Origin: an uncultured Actinomycetes bacterium | GTDB taxonomy: Bacteria > Actinomycetota > Thermoleophilia > UBA2241 | NCBI GenBank assembly: GCA_963725665.1 | Contig: CAVRZA010000006.1 | Coordinates: 256,001-320,000 of the forward strand | Direction: 5' to 3' | Length of the DNA stretch: 64,000 nucleotides | Shown here: piece by piece, positions 30,317-40,211 of the stretch | Numbering within the stretch: position 1 is the stretch's first letter | Layout: each line of letters begins with the position of its first letter | Notes under the pieces: model-generated | Seen by the model: only the letters and a program-made list of their open reading frames with translations | What the model was told of the DNA's origin: nothing | The model's database searches: none | Made by a program: the position numbers and the translations under genes

Positions 30317-31836
30317 GTCTCTCCTCCCTCTGGCGCGCCCGGTATCCGGGGAGATGGTGGGCTGGTGGCAGGGTCGTCGGTCGCCGCAGAATCAACAGGC
30401 CGGGAATCCACCCCCTCCGCGCCGGCCGCCACGAGCGCACGGTCGAGACGGCGCAGTGCCTCGGCCCGGTCGAGCGCGGCGAGGACGAAGGGAAGCTCGG
30501 GGCCGTGCTCGCGTCCGGTCAGGGCGATGCGCAGTGGCCGCAAGAGTCCACGCGCGTTGAGCCCCAGCTCGGGACCGAGGGCCCGGTAGTCGGCGAGGAG
30601 GCTGCGCGCGGCGGCGGGCGACACCCAGTCGCCCGCCGCCGCGCGCAGCCCCGCGAAACGGCCCAGCGCCGTCGCCGCCGCCGCGACCTCGCCGAGCAGC
30701 TCAGGCGGCGGCGGCGGCGCGTCGAGCACCTCCGCAGCCAGGCGCGCGGCATCCCCGTAGCGGACCAGCGACGGCTTGAACGCCTCGGCCAGGGCGCGAG
30801 CCGCAGGCTCGGCTACGCCGGCCAGCAGCCTAGCGGCGAAAAGGCGCTCGTGCTCGGCCTCGTCGAGGGCCAGGACGTGTTCGTGATCGAGCCAGTCGAG
30901 CTTGCCGGCGTCGAAGATCGCGGGGCTCCCCGACAGCGCGGCAAGGTCGAACTCGGCGATCAGCTCCCCCATGCCGAGGACCTCGCGCTCACCGTGTGAC
31001 CAGGAGAGCAGGGCGAGGTAGTTGGTCACGGCTTGCGGCAGGTATCCGAGCTCGCGGAACTCGCCCACCGCCGTCGCCCCGTGGCGCTTGGAGAGCTTCG
31101 CGCCGTCGGGGCCCAGGATGAGCGAGTGATGCGCGTAGCGCGGCTGCGGAGCATCGAGGGCACGCAGCAACAGGACCTGACGCGCGGTGTTCGTCAAGTG
31201 GTCCTCGCCACGGATGACGTGACTTACGCGCATCTCGGCGTCGTCGACGGCGGCGGCGAAGTTGTAGCCGGCGCGTCCATCGGAGCGCAGGATGATGAAA
31301 TCGCCGATGACGTCGCTGGTGAAGGCGACGCGGCCGCGGATGAGGTCTTCGACGACGATCTCGCCCTCGGGGACGGCGAAGCGCAGCGCCGCCGGCTCGC
31401 CGGCGGCGAGCCGGCGCCCGACCTCCCCGCCCGACAGCTCGTGGCAGCGCCGGTCGTACTTCGGCATGAGGCCGGCGGCCAGTCGCTCCTCGCGCAGCGA
31501 GTCGAGGCGCTCCTGGGAGCAGAAGCAGCGGTAGGCGATGCCTCGCTCGAGCAAGTCGAGCGCGGCGGCCTGGTAGAGCCCTTGACGTTCGCTCTGGCGG
31601 TAGGGCCCTGTCGGGCCGCCGCGCGCGGGCCCCTCGTCCCACTGCAGACCCAGCCAGGCCAGGTCCTCGAGGATGCCGGCCTCGTAACGGGCTTCAGAGC
31701 GCGCCACATCGGTGTCTTCGACGCGCACGATGAAGCTCCCGCCGTGACGACGGGCGAAGAGGAAGTTGTAGAGCGCCGTGCGCGCCGAGCCGATGTGCAG
31801 AGAACCCGTCGGGCTCGGCGCGAAGCGCACTCTCAC
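30313..31836 (-). CDS. gltX: Glutamate--tRNA ligase
   Basis: RFAPSPTG.LHIG, EDTD, RGEDH and KLSKR motifs. Confidence 0.95.
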   Translation of the reverse strand: MRVRFAPSPTGSLHIGSARTALYNFLFARRHGGSFIVRVEDTDVARSEARYEAGILEDLAWLGLQWDEGPARGGPTGPYRQSERQGLYQAAALDLLERGIAYRCFCSQERLDSLREERLAAGLMPKYDRRCHELSGGEVGRRLAAGEPAALRFAVPEGEIVVEDLIRGRVAFTSDVIGDFIILRSDGRAGYNFAAAVDDAEMRVSHVIRGEDHLTNTARQVLLLRALDAPQPRYAHHSLILGPDGAKLSKRHGATAVGEFRELGYLPQAVTNYLALLSWSHGEREVLGMGELIAEFDLAALSGSPAIFDAGKLDWLDHEHVLALDEAEHERLFAARLLAGVAEPAARALAEAFKPSLVRYGDAARLAAEVLDAPPPPPELLGEVAAAATALGRFAGLRAAAGDWVSPAAARSLLADYRALGPELGLNARGLLRPLRIALTGREHGPELPFVLAALDRAEALRRLDRALVAAGAEGVDSRPVDSAATDDPATSPPSPRIPGAPEGGET

Positions 31837-31991
31837 GCTTGAGTCGAGGTTTATCGTTCGTCCTTTGTCGGCGCGCCCCAGCCGCTGACCCGGCCGGAGT
31901 CTATCGGCGCCTCCCCGGCACGGCAACCAGCCCCGTGCCTGATAGACTCGCGGCCCGACCGCGATGGCGAGCCTCGAGGAGGGCAGGCCTG

Positions 31992-33467
31992 ATGCGCGAC
32001 CAGAGCAAGACCCCCTACGTCGATGCCTTGCTGCGCTACCGCGAGCGCGGATATACCCCCTTTCACACCCCGGGACACAAGCGGGGGAAGGGCGCCCCGG
32101 CCAAGCTGCGCGAGGCGCTCGGCGCCGAGGTCCTCGCCGTCGACGTGGCGATGGCCGGCGGGGTCGAGGACACGCGCGAGTCGACGAACCTCGTGCACCA
32201 GGCCGAAGAGCTCGCCGCCGAGGCCTGGGGAGCAGAGCGCGCCTGGTTCCTGATCAACGGCTCGACAAGCGGGCTGCACGCGCTCATCCTCACCCTCGCC
32301 GGGCCGGACGAGGCCATCATCCTGCCGCGCAACTCGCACAAGGCGGTCATCGCCGCCCTCGTCTTCTCGGGAGCGATGCCCCACTACATCGAGCCCACCA
32401 TGGACGACGAGTGGCACATACCGCGTGTCATGCGTCCCGAGGCCGTCGCGCGGGCGGTCAAGGAGCGGCCCGACGCCAAGGCGGTGCTCACGATCTCGCC
32501 CAACTACTACGGCATCGGCGCCGACTTGCCGGCGATCAGCGCCGCCGCTCATGGTGCCGGCATGGCCTTCGTCGTCGATCAGGCCTGGGGGCCCCACCTG
32601 CGCTTTTGCAGCCATCTCCCCGAGGACGCCATGAGCGCCGGCGCCGACGGAGCGGTGGTCAGCGTGCACAAGCTGATCAGCGGCGTGACGCAATCCTCGC
32701 TCCTCCTGGCGCGCAGCGGGCGGCTCAGCCTAGCCCGCCTGGCCAGCGTCGTGAAGATGACCCAGAGCACGAGCCCCCAGGTCCTCATGCTCGTCTCCAT
32801 CGACGCCGCGCGCCAGCAGATGGCGACGCAGGGCGAGCGTCTGTGGCACAGCGCGATCGAGCTCGCCGACTGGGTGCGCGGCGAGATACGCGCCATCCCC
32901 GGGCTGCGCGTGCTGGGCCGCGAGATCCTCGAGAAAGAAGGGGCGTGGTCGTTCGATCCCACGAGGGTGACCGTGAGCGCCACGGACATCGGCGTGTCGG
33001 GCTACCAGCTCGAGACCGTCCTGCGCGAGGACTACCGCGTCGCGGTCGAGATGGCCGATCCGCTGAACGTGGTCCTCAACGTGACCTACGGCGATTCGCG
33101 CGCTGATGTGCGCCTGCTCGTCGGCGCACTGCGCGACCTCGCCATGCGCTACGTACAGAAGCCGACCGACGCCGAGGCGCTGCGACAGGCTCAGGCGCTG
33201 CGCTTGCCCGCCTTCACGCGGCAGGCCCTCACGCCGCGCGAGGCGTTCTTCGCCCCCAGCGTCGCCCTGCCCGTGACGGAATGCGCCGGCCGCATCTCGG
33301 CCGAGATGGTGACCCCCTACCCGCCGGGGATCCCCGTGCTGGGCCCGGGCGAGGAGATCTCGCAGGAGATCGTGGACTATCTGTCGCTGGGCGCACGCAT
33401 GGGGTTGCACGTGCACGGACCCGAGGACCCGAGCCTGCGCACGCTGCGCGTCGTCGACGGATCCTGA
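31992..33467 (+). CDS. Orn/Lys/Arg decarboxylase (PLP, group III)
   Basis: FHTPGHK, NGSTSG, RNSHK, SVHK (PLP lysine) and PYPPGIP motifs. Confidence 0.9.
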   Translation: MRDQSKTPYVDALLRYRERGYTPFHTPGHKRGKGAPAKLREALGAEVLAVDVAMAGGVEDTRESTNLVHQAEELAAEAWGAERAWFLINGSTSGLHALILTLAGPDEAIILPRNSHKAVIAALVFSGAMPHYIEPTMDDEWHIPRVMRPEAVARAVKERPDAKAVLTISPNYYGIGADLPAISAAAHGAGMAFVVDQAWGPHLRFCSHLPEDAMSAGADGAVVSVHKLISGVTQSSLLLARSGRLSLARLASVVKMTQSTSPQVLMLVSIDAARQQMATQGERLWHSAIELADWVRGEIRAIPGLRVLGREILEKEGAWSFDPTRVTVSATDIGVSGYQLETVLREDYRVAVEMADPLNVVLNVTYGDSRADVRLLVGALRDLAMRYVQKPTDAEALRQAQALRLPAFTRQALTPREAFFAPSVALPVTECAGRISAEMVTPYPPGIPVLGPGEEISQEIVDYLSLGARMGLHVHGPEDPSLRTLRVVDGS

Positions 33468-33534
33468 CGGGTGCGGCGCCGGCCGCCCGGCGCGAGCGGC
33501 CGCTCGCGCCGGGCGGCCGGCGCCGCACCCGTCA
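33465..33534. repeat. Perfect 70-bp spacerless palindrome between convergent genes
   Basis: TGACGGGTGCGGCGCCGGCCGCCCGGCGCGAGCGG followed immediately by its exact reverse complement; includes both TGA stop codons. Confidence 0.9.
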
Positions 33535-34068
33535 TCCTTCGATCTTGACCTTGATACCCAACTGTGTGGCGGTGAACAGCGGATCCAGGCCGATCCCCTC
33601 CGCGGTCAGCAGGTCGGCGCCACCCTGCTCGCGATCGACCACGCAGAGGAGACCCTTCACCTCGAGACCGGCCTCGCCGAGACTGCGGATGGCATTCGCG
33701 GCTTGACCGCCCGACGTGACCACATCCTCCACCGCGACGACGCTCTGCCCGCGCTCGAAGCGTCCTTCGAGCAGACGCCTGGTACCGTAGCCCTTCTCCT
33801 CTTTGCGCACGATCACGAAGCGCTTGCCGCACTCGAGCGACATGGCGGCGACCAGCGACACCGCGCCCAACTCAGGCCCGGCGAGCAGGTCGAACGGCTC
33901 GTAGGCCGGCAGCTTGGCGACCAGCGCCCGCGCGATGTCGCGCAAGAGGTCAGGTGCGGTCTCGAAGAGGTACTTGTCGAGGTAGAACTTGCTGCGGCGG
34001 CCGGAGCTCAAGATGAAGTCACCCTCGAGGTAGCTCTCGTCGAGCAGACGTTGCGCCAAGTCGGTCAC
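33532..34068 (-). CDS. pyrE: Orotate phosphoribosyltransferase
   Basis: GDFILSSG..S.FYLD, RKEEKGYG, VEDVVTSG and VDREQGG motifs. Confidence 0.93.
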   Translation of the reverse strand: MTDLAQRLLDESYLEGDFILSSGRRSKFYLDKYLFETAPDLLRDIARALVAKLPAYEPFDLLAGPELGAVSLVAAMSLECGKRFVIVRKEEKGYGTRRLLEGRFERGQSVVAVEDVVTSGGQAANAIRSLGEAGLEVKGLLCVVDREQGGADLLTAEGIGLDPLFTATQLGIKVKIEG

Positions 34069-34253
34069 TGCAGGCTCCTTGAGCGTCGTGTCGAAAGCAG
34101 CGGACTGCCGGGGAGGCAGTGCACAGGTCCCCTCACGCCGCCGGCGGCGCGCCCGCCCTTGCTCCTTGCGTCACCCGATGGGCTCGCGCCTACAGCCTAC
34201 CACGGGCAGGATGCCGCCGGAGCGGACGAAAGGTCGTGCGATCGGCGGCGCCT

Positions 34254-35594
34254 TCAGGCGCCGCCGATCGCCAGGCCCTCCATGACGACCGAGGGCGTGA
34301 GGATGCTCCCGCTCGGGATCCAGCGGGCGTCGTCCCCAAGCGCCACGATCCCCCTGAGCATCCCCAGCAGGTCACCGGCGAGCGTCACCTCGCGCACGCC
34401 GCCGGCCAGCCGGCCGTCCTCGATCAGCCGGCCGTTGATGCCCACCGAGAACTCCCCCGAGATGGGGTTCGCTCCCGAGTGCACACCGACGGCGTTGGTG
34501 ACGAGCACGCCGCGTTCGATGCCGGCCACGATGTCCGCGACCGGCGTCGTCGGGCCGGCGACGACCAGGTTGGTGGGGCGCACGGCGGGTAGCGAGGCGT
34601 AGGATCCCCGCACGCCGTTGCCGGTCGAGGGACGGCCGGCCTTGTTGCCCGTGTAGGTGTCGTAGAGGAATCCTTGGAGCACGCCGTTCTCGATCAGCGG
34701 CGTGCGCTGGCTCGGCGTGCCCTCGCCGTCGAACGGGGCGCTGGCGAGACCGTCGGGGCGGAGCGCGTCGTCGACGAGGCCGAAGGCCTCGCCCGCGACG
34801 CGCTCCCCCTCCAGGGAGGCGAACAGCGACCTTCCCTTCTGCACGGCCTCGGCGGTCAGCGCGGAGCTGAGCACGCCCAGGAACGACGCGGCCACGAACG
34901 GGTCGAGCACCACGGTCGCTTTCATCGAAGGGCACTTGCGCGCGCCGAGCAGGTCGACGGCACGCTGCGCCGCTTCACGACCGCACCCTTGCGCATCGAG
35001 CTGGGCCAGGTCGCGGCCGACCGAGAAGGAGAGGCCGGTTTCGACCTGCCCGTCCTGCTCCGCGAGGACGTAGGCGAACACATAGGCGTCGTTTTCGCGG
35101 TAGCTCCCGTGCACGCCGCTCGAGCTGGCGAGAAATATCTCGGCCTCGCCGTCGGCGTAGACGGTGTCCTCGACGAGCTTCACGCGCGGGTCGAAGTCGA
35201 GGGCCGCCTTCTCGACGCGCAGCGCAAGGTCGATCTTCTCGTCCTCGCTGCGCCCCTCGAGCCGTGGGTCGTGCACCGAGACGGCGGGCGGCGCCTCTTG
35301 GGGCTCGGGCAGGCGTGCGAAAGGGTCGCTGTCAGTGACGGAGGCGTTGCCGACGGCACGCTCGACCAGCTCCTCCAGGGCGCGCGGCGACGTGTCCGAA
35401 GAGTAAGCGTGCCCGACCTTCCCCTCCTGGAAGACGCGCAGGCCGACGCCCTTGCGGCTCGCCGCCGTGAGCTCCTCCACCTCCTGCTTGAACACCTTGA
35501 TGCGGCGCGTCGTGGCGCGTTCGGCGAACGCCTCGGCGCCCTGCGCGCCACGTCGCGCCGCCTTGCGCAGGACCTCATCGACGACGTCGAACAT
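34254..35594 (-). CDS. pmbA: TldE/PmbA family protein
   Basis: PFDGEG, STGNG.R and SGEFS motifs, no HExxGH; translationally coupled to tldD. Confidence 0.88.
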   Translation of the reverse strand: MFDVVDEVLRKAARRGAQGAEAFAERATTRRIKVFKQEVEELTAASRKGVGLRVFQEGKVGHAYSSDTSPRALEELVERAVGNASVTDSDPFARLPEPQEAPPAVSVHDPRLEGRSEDEKIDLALRVEKAALDFDPRVKLVEDTVYADGEAEIFLASSSGVHGSYRENDAYVFAYVLAEQDGQVETGLSFSVGRDLAQLDAQGCGREAAQRAVDLLGARKCPSMKATVVLDPFVAASFLGVLSSALTAEAVQKGRSLFASLEGERVAGEAFGLVDDALRPDGLASAPFDGEGTPSQRTPLIENGVLQGFLYDTYTGNKAGRPSTGNGVRGSYASLPAVRPTNLVVAGPTTPVADIVAGIERGVLVTNAVGVHSGANPISGEFSVGINGRLIEDGRLAGGVREVTLAGDLLGMLRGIVALGDDARWIPSGSILTPSVVMEGLAIGGA

Positions 35595-37000
35595 CAGCCC
35601 GTGCCCCCCACCGTCATGCGCTTGATCCGCAGCGTGGGCTGCCCCGTGCCTACGGGCACCGACTGGCCGTCCTTGCCGCACATGCCCGATTTCACCAAGA
35701 AGTCGTCGCCGGCGATCATGTCGATGTTCTGCAGCACCTCGATGCCGTTGCCGACAAGGGTCGCGCCCCGCAGCGGCTTCGTCACGACGCCGTTCTCGAT
35801 CAGGTACCCCTCGGCCACGCCGAAGACGAAGTTGCCGCTTGCCGGCTCGACCTGGCCGCCGGCGAGGCTCTTCGCGTAGAAGCCGCGCTCGGTCTCGGCG
35901 ATGATCTCCTGCTCGCTGGAGGAGCCCTCGGCGATGAAGGTCGTCGTCATGCGCGGGATGGGGACGTGGCGGAACGACTGGCGACGGCCGTTGCCCGTCG
36001 AGGCTGCTCCGGCTTGGCGCGCGCGCAGCCTGTCGTAGAGATACTGGCGCAGGCGGCCCTCCTCGATAAGGAGCGTCCTCTGCGTCGGCACCCCTTCGTC
36101 GTCGAAAGCGCCCGAGCCCCACTCGTTGGTGATGCTGCCGTCGTCGTAGGCGCTCACGATCGGGGCGGCGACGACGTCGCCGAGGCGGCCGGAATAGATG
36201 CTCGCCCCTTTGGCTATAGCGTCGGCCTCGAGGCCGTGCCCGCAGGCCTCGTGGAAGAGCGTGCCACCGAAGCCGTTCGCCATGACGACCGGCATCGGGC
36301 CGGCAGGCGACGGCTCGGCGGCGAGCATGACCAGCGCCTTCTCGGCGGCCCGCCGGCCGATCTCCTGCGCGATGCGCTCGTCGACGAGCTCGAAGCCCAT
36401 GCTCTTGCCGAGGCTCTCGTACCCGGTCTGGATGATACCGTCACGGCGAGCCACGACGGTGGCGACGAGGCGCAGCCGCGTGCGGTCGTCGCGCACCAGC
36501 TCGCCCTCCGAGTTCGCTATGAGAATGACCTGGCGACCTTCACTGTACCCGACGATGACCTGGGTCACCTCGTCGCCCTGGGCGCGCGCGCCTTCGTCAC
36601 CAGCGCGCAGCAGCTCGCTCTTGGTCTTGATGGTGACGGTCTCGGGGGGCACCTTCAGAGGGTGCCGGCCGGTGTCGCGCCGCACGTCGCCGAGCGGCGC
36701 GATACCGGCCGTCACCCCGCCTCCGTCACGCATGGCGGCGGCGACGGAGTCGGCGGCGGCCAGCAGGTTCTGCTCGTTCACCTCGTCGGTATGCGCGTAG
36801 TAGGTACGCTCGCCGCTGTTGAGACGCACGGCGGCGCCGAACTCGTGACCCCCCGAGGCGTCCTCGACCTTGCCGTCCTCGAGCCGCAGGCCCAGGCTTG
36901 TGCGGTCCTCGACGAACACCTCGGCGAAGTCGCCGCCCCGTCTCAGCGCCCGCGCGACGGTCGCCCGCAGGAGTCCTATGTCTACCTCATCGACGCCCAT
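35594..37000 (-). CDS. tldD: TldD metalloprotease
   Basis: FHEACGHGLE, FDDEG, TGNGRRQS...PIPRMT and CGKDGQSVPV motifs. Confidence 0.92.
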   Translation of the reverse strand: MGVDEVDIGLLRATVARALRRGGDFAEVFVEDRTSLGLRLEDGKVEDASGGHEFGAAVRLNSGERTYYAHTDEVNEQNLLAAADSVAAAMRDGGGVTAGIAPLGDVRRDTGRHPLKVPPETVTIKTKSELLRAGDEGARAQGDEVTQVIVGYSEGRQVILIANSEGELVRDDRTRLRLVATVVARRDGIIQTGYESLGKSMGFELVDERIAQEIGRRAAEKALVMLAAEPSPAGPMPVVMANGFGGTLFHEACGHGLEADAIAKGASIYSGRLGDVVAAPIVSAYDDGSITNEWGSGAFDDEGVPTQRTLLIEEGRLRQYLYDRLRARQAGAASTGNGRRQSFRHVPIPRMTTTFIAEGSSSEQEIIAETERGFYAKSLAGGQVEPASGNFVFGVAEGYLIENGVVTKPLRGATLVGNGIEVLQNIDMIAGDDFLVKSGMCGKDGQSVPVGTGQPTLRIKRMTVGGTG

Positions 37001-37163
37001 GCTCACCGTCCAGCTAGTCCGCCGGGCGCGCCCCCACGCCGGCCACACAGACGGGAGCAAAGGTCGTCGGCGGAGGCGCAGGGCAGCCCGCAGGCAACTG
37101 TATCACCTGCCTCGGGGGGTCTCGGGTCGCCCGCCGTTGGCCGTGATCGGCGGCCGCAGAAGG

Positions 37164-37859
37164 TCAGCCGACGGTGAAGCTCAGACGACAGGCGGATGCG
37201 CCGCGGCTGATCGAGGCATCGTCGACGACGTGCACGTCACGCACCCGGCCGACGACCGCGTCGACCAGGCCCTCGAAGAAGGCGTGATGCATCGGGCACA
37301 CCAAGTCGGGACGCAGCGCCGCGATCTCCTTGAAGACGCAGTTGCGCACCCGCACGTCGAGCTCGTCGCCATCCCAGCGGACCTCGGGCAGAAGACCCTG
37401 CTGCTCGGCCACCCTGCGCACGAGGTCGGCTGAGCTCTTCTTGCCGGAGCCTTTCGGCTTGCCCTGCTCCGCGACATAACGGCGACCTTCGGCGCGTCCG
37501 GCGTCGCGGCAGATGCCCAGCACGTCGTCGTCCGAGCCTCGCTGCGCGAGCGCCGTCAGCGCGAGGCTGGAGAGGAGGTCGTACCGCCGCGGAGGCACGT
37601 CGAAGGACGAGACCTGGCCACTCAGCCTGTAGAGGCGAGCCGGCCGGCCGCCGCCCTTCGTCTTGCGCAGACCCGTCGCCAGCAATCCGGCCTGTTCGAG
37701 CTTGCCCAAGTGCATGCGCGCCACGTTGGGATGCAGGCCGAACTGCTGCGCCACCTCGGCGACTGTGACGACGTCGTGCGGCTGCTCCGCGATCGAGCGG
37801 TAGATCCTATAGCGGGTCTCGTCGGCGAGAACGACCGACAACTGATGCTCGCGCTCCAC
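37164..37859 (-). CDS. ArsR-like HTH regulator with Cys-containing C-terminal sensor domain
   Basis: Winged HTH (HPNVARMHL..L...GL, GGRP..LY) plus NCVF, VCPMH and a terminal Cys. Confidence 0.75.
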   Translation of the reverse strand: MEREHQLSVVLADETRYRIYRSIAEQPHDVVTVAEVAQQFGLHPNVARMHLGKLEQAGLLATGLRKTKGGGRPARLYRLSGQVSSFDVPPRRYDLLSSLALTALAQRGSDDDVLGICRDAGRAEGRRYVAEQGKPKGSGKKSSADLVRRVAEQQGLLPEVRWDGDELDVRVRNCVFKEIAALRPDLVCPMHHAFFEGLVDAVVGRVRDVHVVDDASISRGASACRLSFTVG

Positions 37860-38061
37860 AGTACCTCCCTGCGACGATCATAGAACAGGGGCTGGCGCGG
37901 TGTAAACATCGTTCTCCTAGTGCGAAAACACTAAAGGCCCTGATAGACTGCGTGATCGGCGCGGCGGCTCCGAGCCGTCACGCGAGACCGAGAGTGCTGA
38001 TGATCGACACATCCACTCGCCCCGCTCACCGGCCGCAGGCCGCGACCGGTAGCGAACCACG

Positions 38062-38910
38062 ATGACGGTCCTCCAGGCGATCATCCTGGGCATCGTGCAG
38101 GGCGTCACGGAGTTCGTGCCCATCTCGAGCTCCGGCCATCTGATCGTCGTCCCCTGGGCCTTCGGGTGGACGTTCTTCCTCGACCACCCCGACCTCAACA
38201 AGACCTTCGACGTGGCCCTCCACCTGGGCACCTTCATCGCCGTACTCGCCTTCTTCTGGCGCGACGTACTGCGCCTTCTGGCCGCCTTCTTCCGCAGCCT
38301 CGCCAGGCGTCGCGCAGAGACGGCCGAGGAGAGGCTCGCCTGGCTTCTCCTCCTCAGCACCATCCCGGCGGGCCTCGTCGGCGTGGCCTTCGAGGGGTTC
38401 ATCGAGGAACGGCTGGGCAAGCCGCTGCTCATCGCCTTCCTCATCATCGGCTTCGGAGTCGTCATGTGGCTGGTCGACATGCGCGCCGCGCAGACTCGTC
38501 ACCTCGACGGGTTGCGCTGGCTCGATGCGCTGCTGATCGGCGTCGCTCAGGCCGTCGCCCTGGCCCCCGGTGTCTCGCGGTCGGGCATCACCATGATCAC
38601 CGCCCGTGCCCTGTCGGTCGACCGCGAGTCCTCGGCGCGTTACTCGTTCCTCATGTCGATCCCCGTGATCGGCGGCGCCGCCCTCTACAAGGCGCTCGAG
38701 GTGGCGCGCGACGGCCTGCCAGCCGGTACGGCGCAGCCCTTCTTCTGGGGCATGGTGAGCGCCGCCATCTCGGGCTTCGCCGCCGTGTGGTTCATGCTCG
38801 CCTACCTGCGCAGCCACGACTTCCGGCCCTTCGCCGTCTACCGCTTCGTCGTCGGTGCGGCGATCATCGTCGTTGTCATAGCTGGGCTGCGACACGCCGG
38901 CGGCATCTAG
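38062..38910 (+). CDS. uppP: Undecaprenyl-diphosphate phosphatase
   Basis: QGVTEFVPISSSGH and PGVSRSG motifs. Confidence 0.95.
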   Translation: MTVLQAIILGIVQGVTEFVPISSSGHLIVVPWAFGWTFFLDHPDLNKTFDVALHLGTFIAVLAFFWRDVLRLLAAFFRSLARRRAETAEERLAWLLLLSTIPAGLVGVAFEGFIEERLGKPLLIAFLIIGFGVVMWLVDMRAAQTRHLDGLRWLDALLIGVAQAVALAPGVSRSGITMITARALSVDRESSARYSFLMSIPVIGGAALYKALEVARDGLPAGTAQPFFWGMVSAAISGFAAVWFMLAYLRSHDFRPFAVYRFVVGAAIIVVVIAGLRHAGGI

Positions 38911-39134
38911 CCGCACGGGGATCCCGCCCGCGACAGTGACACCGCCACGGCCGCCGTCGCGTGCGCGAGCGTGACGGCCGACCGCACCGGAGCCTGCCGC
39001 TGAGAGTCCACCTCCGACCGTCTCACCGGCGCTGCTATTACCCCCCGTAAGGCGACGTAACAAGACCGCTCACCTTCAGGCGAAGCGGGCTTATACTGAC
39101 GGCCTGCGAGCACGCCCGAGGGAAGCTGGTCTTC

Positions 39135-40199
39135 ATGCGCACGCTCAAGCTGGGAGATCGCGGCAAAGAGGTCGCCGACGTGCAGACCCGCCTGCACGGG
39201 CTCGGCTTCGAGCTCGGGGGCGAGGGAGCCGACGGCTATCTCGGGCCCAAGACGGTGGCCGCTCTGAAGGCCTTCCAGCAGCAGCGGCTGCTCCTGGTCG
39301 ACGGCGTGCTGGGAGCGAACACCTGGAGAGAGCTCGTCGAAGCGGGCTACGGCTTGGGCGAACGGCTGCTGTACCTGCGCGTGCCCAACTTCCGCGGCGA
39401 TGACGTGCTGGCGTTGCAGGTCAAGCTCAACCTGCTCGGCTTCAACGCCGGTCCCGAGCGCGGTATCTTCGACGACGAGGTCGAGCACGCGGTCATCGAG
39501 TTCCAGCGCAACGCCGGGCTGCCGCCCGACGGTTCCGTTGGTGAGAACACGTTGCGCACCCTGGACGTGCTGCGCAAGGGCGAGAGGGGCCGTGAGGGCA
39601 AGAAGATCCCCGACCGCGATGAGGGCTACGTCCCCCGGGGCGTCTTGGCCGGCAAGCTCGTGGTGCTCGATGCGGGACACGGCGGGCGGGACGAGGGGGC
39701 GGTCTCGCCCTCAGGGCTCAGGGAGAAGGACATCACACTCGCGCTCGCCCTGAGACTGACAGAGCTCCTGCGGGCCGAGGGCTGCCGGGTAGTGCTGACT
39801 CGCACCACGGACGAGTGGGTGCCGATGTACGACCGCCCCGAGAAGGCCGACGCGGTTGGAGCGGAGTACTTCATCTCCCTGCACGCGAACGCGAACGTCG
39901 CTCCCGAGGCGGCCGGCGCCGCCTGTTACTTCTTCCAGCGCAACCACTACTATTCGGAGAAGGGTGAGCGCCTGGCCGACTACCTGGGCGACCGTCTCTC
40001 GGAGGCCGGCGTGCGCTTCCTGGGCAGCTTCGGACGCAACTACGCCATGCTGCGCGAGCCGCAGGCGATCGCGGTGCTCGTAGAGCCGCTCTTCCTCACC
40101 AACCGCGAGGAGGAGGCGGCCGCTAAGCGCCCAGACGGCATCGAGCGCCTGGCGGTCGCGCTCCTGGCCGGCCTCGAGGGCTACGTAGGCCGCGCCTGA
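39135..40199 (+). CDS. N-acetylmuramoyl-L-alanine amidase with two peptidoglycan-binding domains (CwlM-like architecture)
   Basis: Two PG_binding_1 repeats, then LDAGHGG..E, SLHAN and VEP catalytic motifs. Confidence 0.88.
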   Translation: MRTLKLGDRGKEVADVQTRLHGLGFELGGEGADGYLGPKTVAALKAFQQQRLLLVDGVLGANTWRELVEAGYGLGERLLYLRVPNFRGDDVLALQVKLNLLGFNAGPERGIFDDEVEHAVIEFQRNAGLPPDGSVGENTLRTLDVLRKGERGREGKKIPDRDEGYVPRGVLAGKLVVLDAGHGGRDEGAVSPSGLREKDITLALALRLTELLRAEGCRVVLTRTTDEWVPMYDRPEKADAVGAEYFISLHANANVAPEAAGAACYFFQRNHYYSEKGERLADYLGDRLSEAGVRFLGSFGRNYAMLREPQAIAVLVEPLFLTNREEEAAAKRPDGIERLAVALLAGLEGYVGRA

Positions 40200-40211
40200 G
40201 CCTCCGTCGCT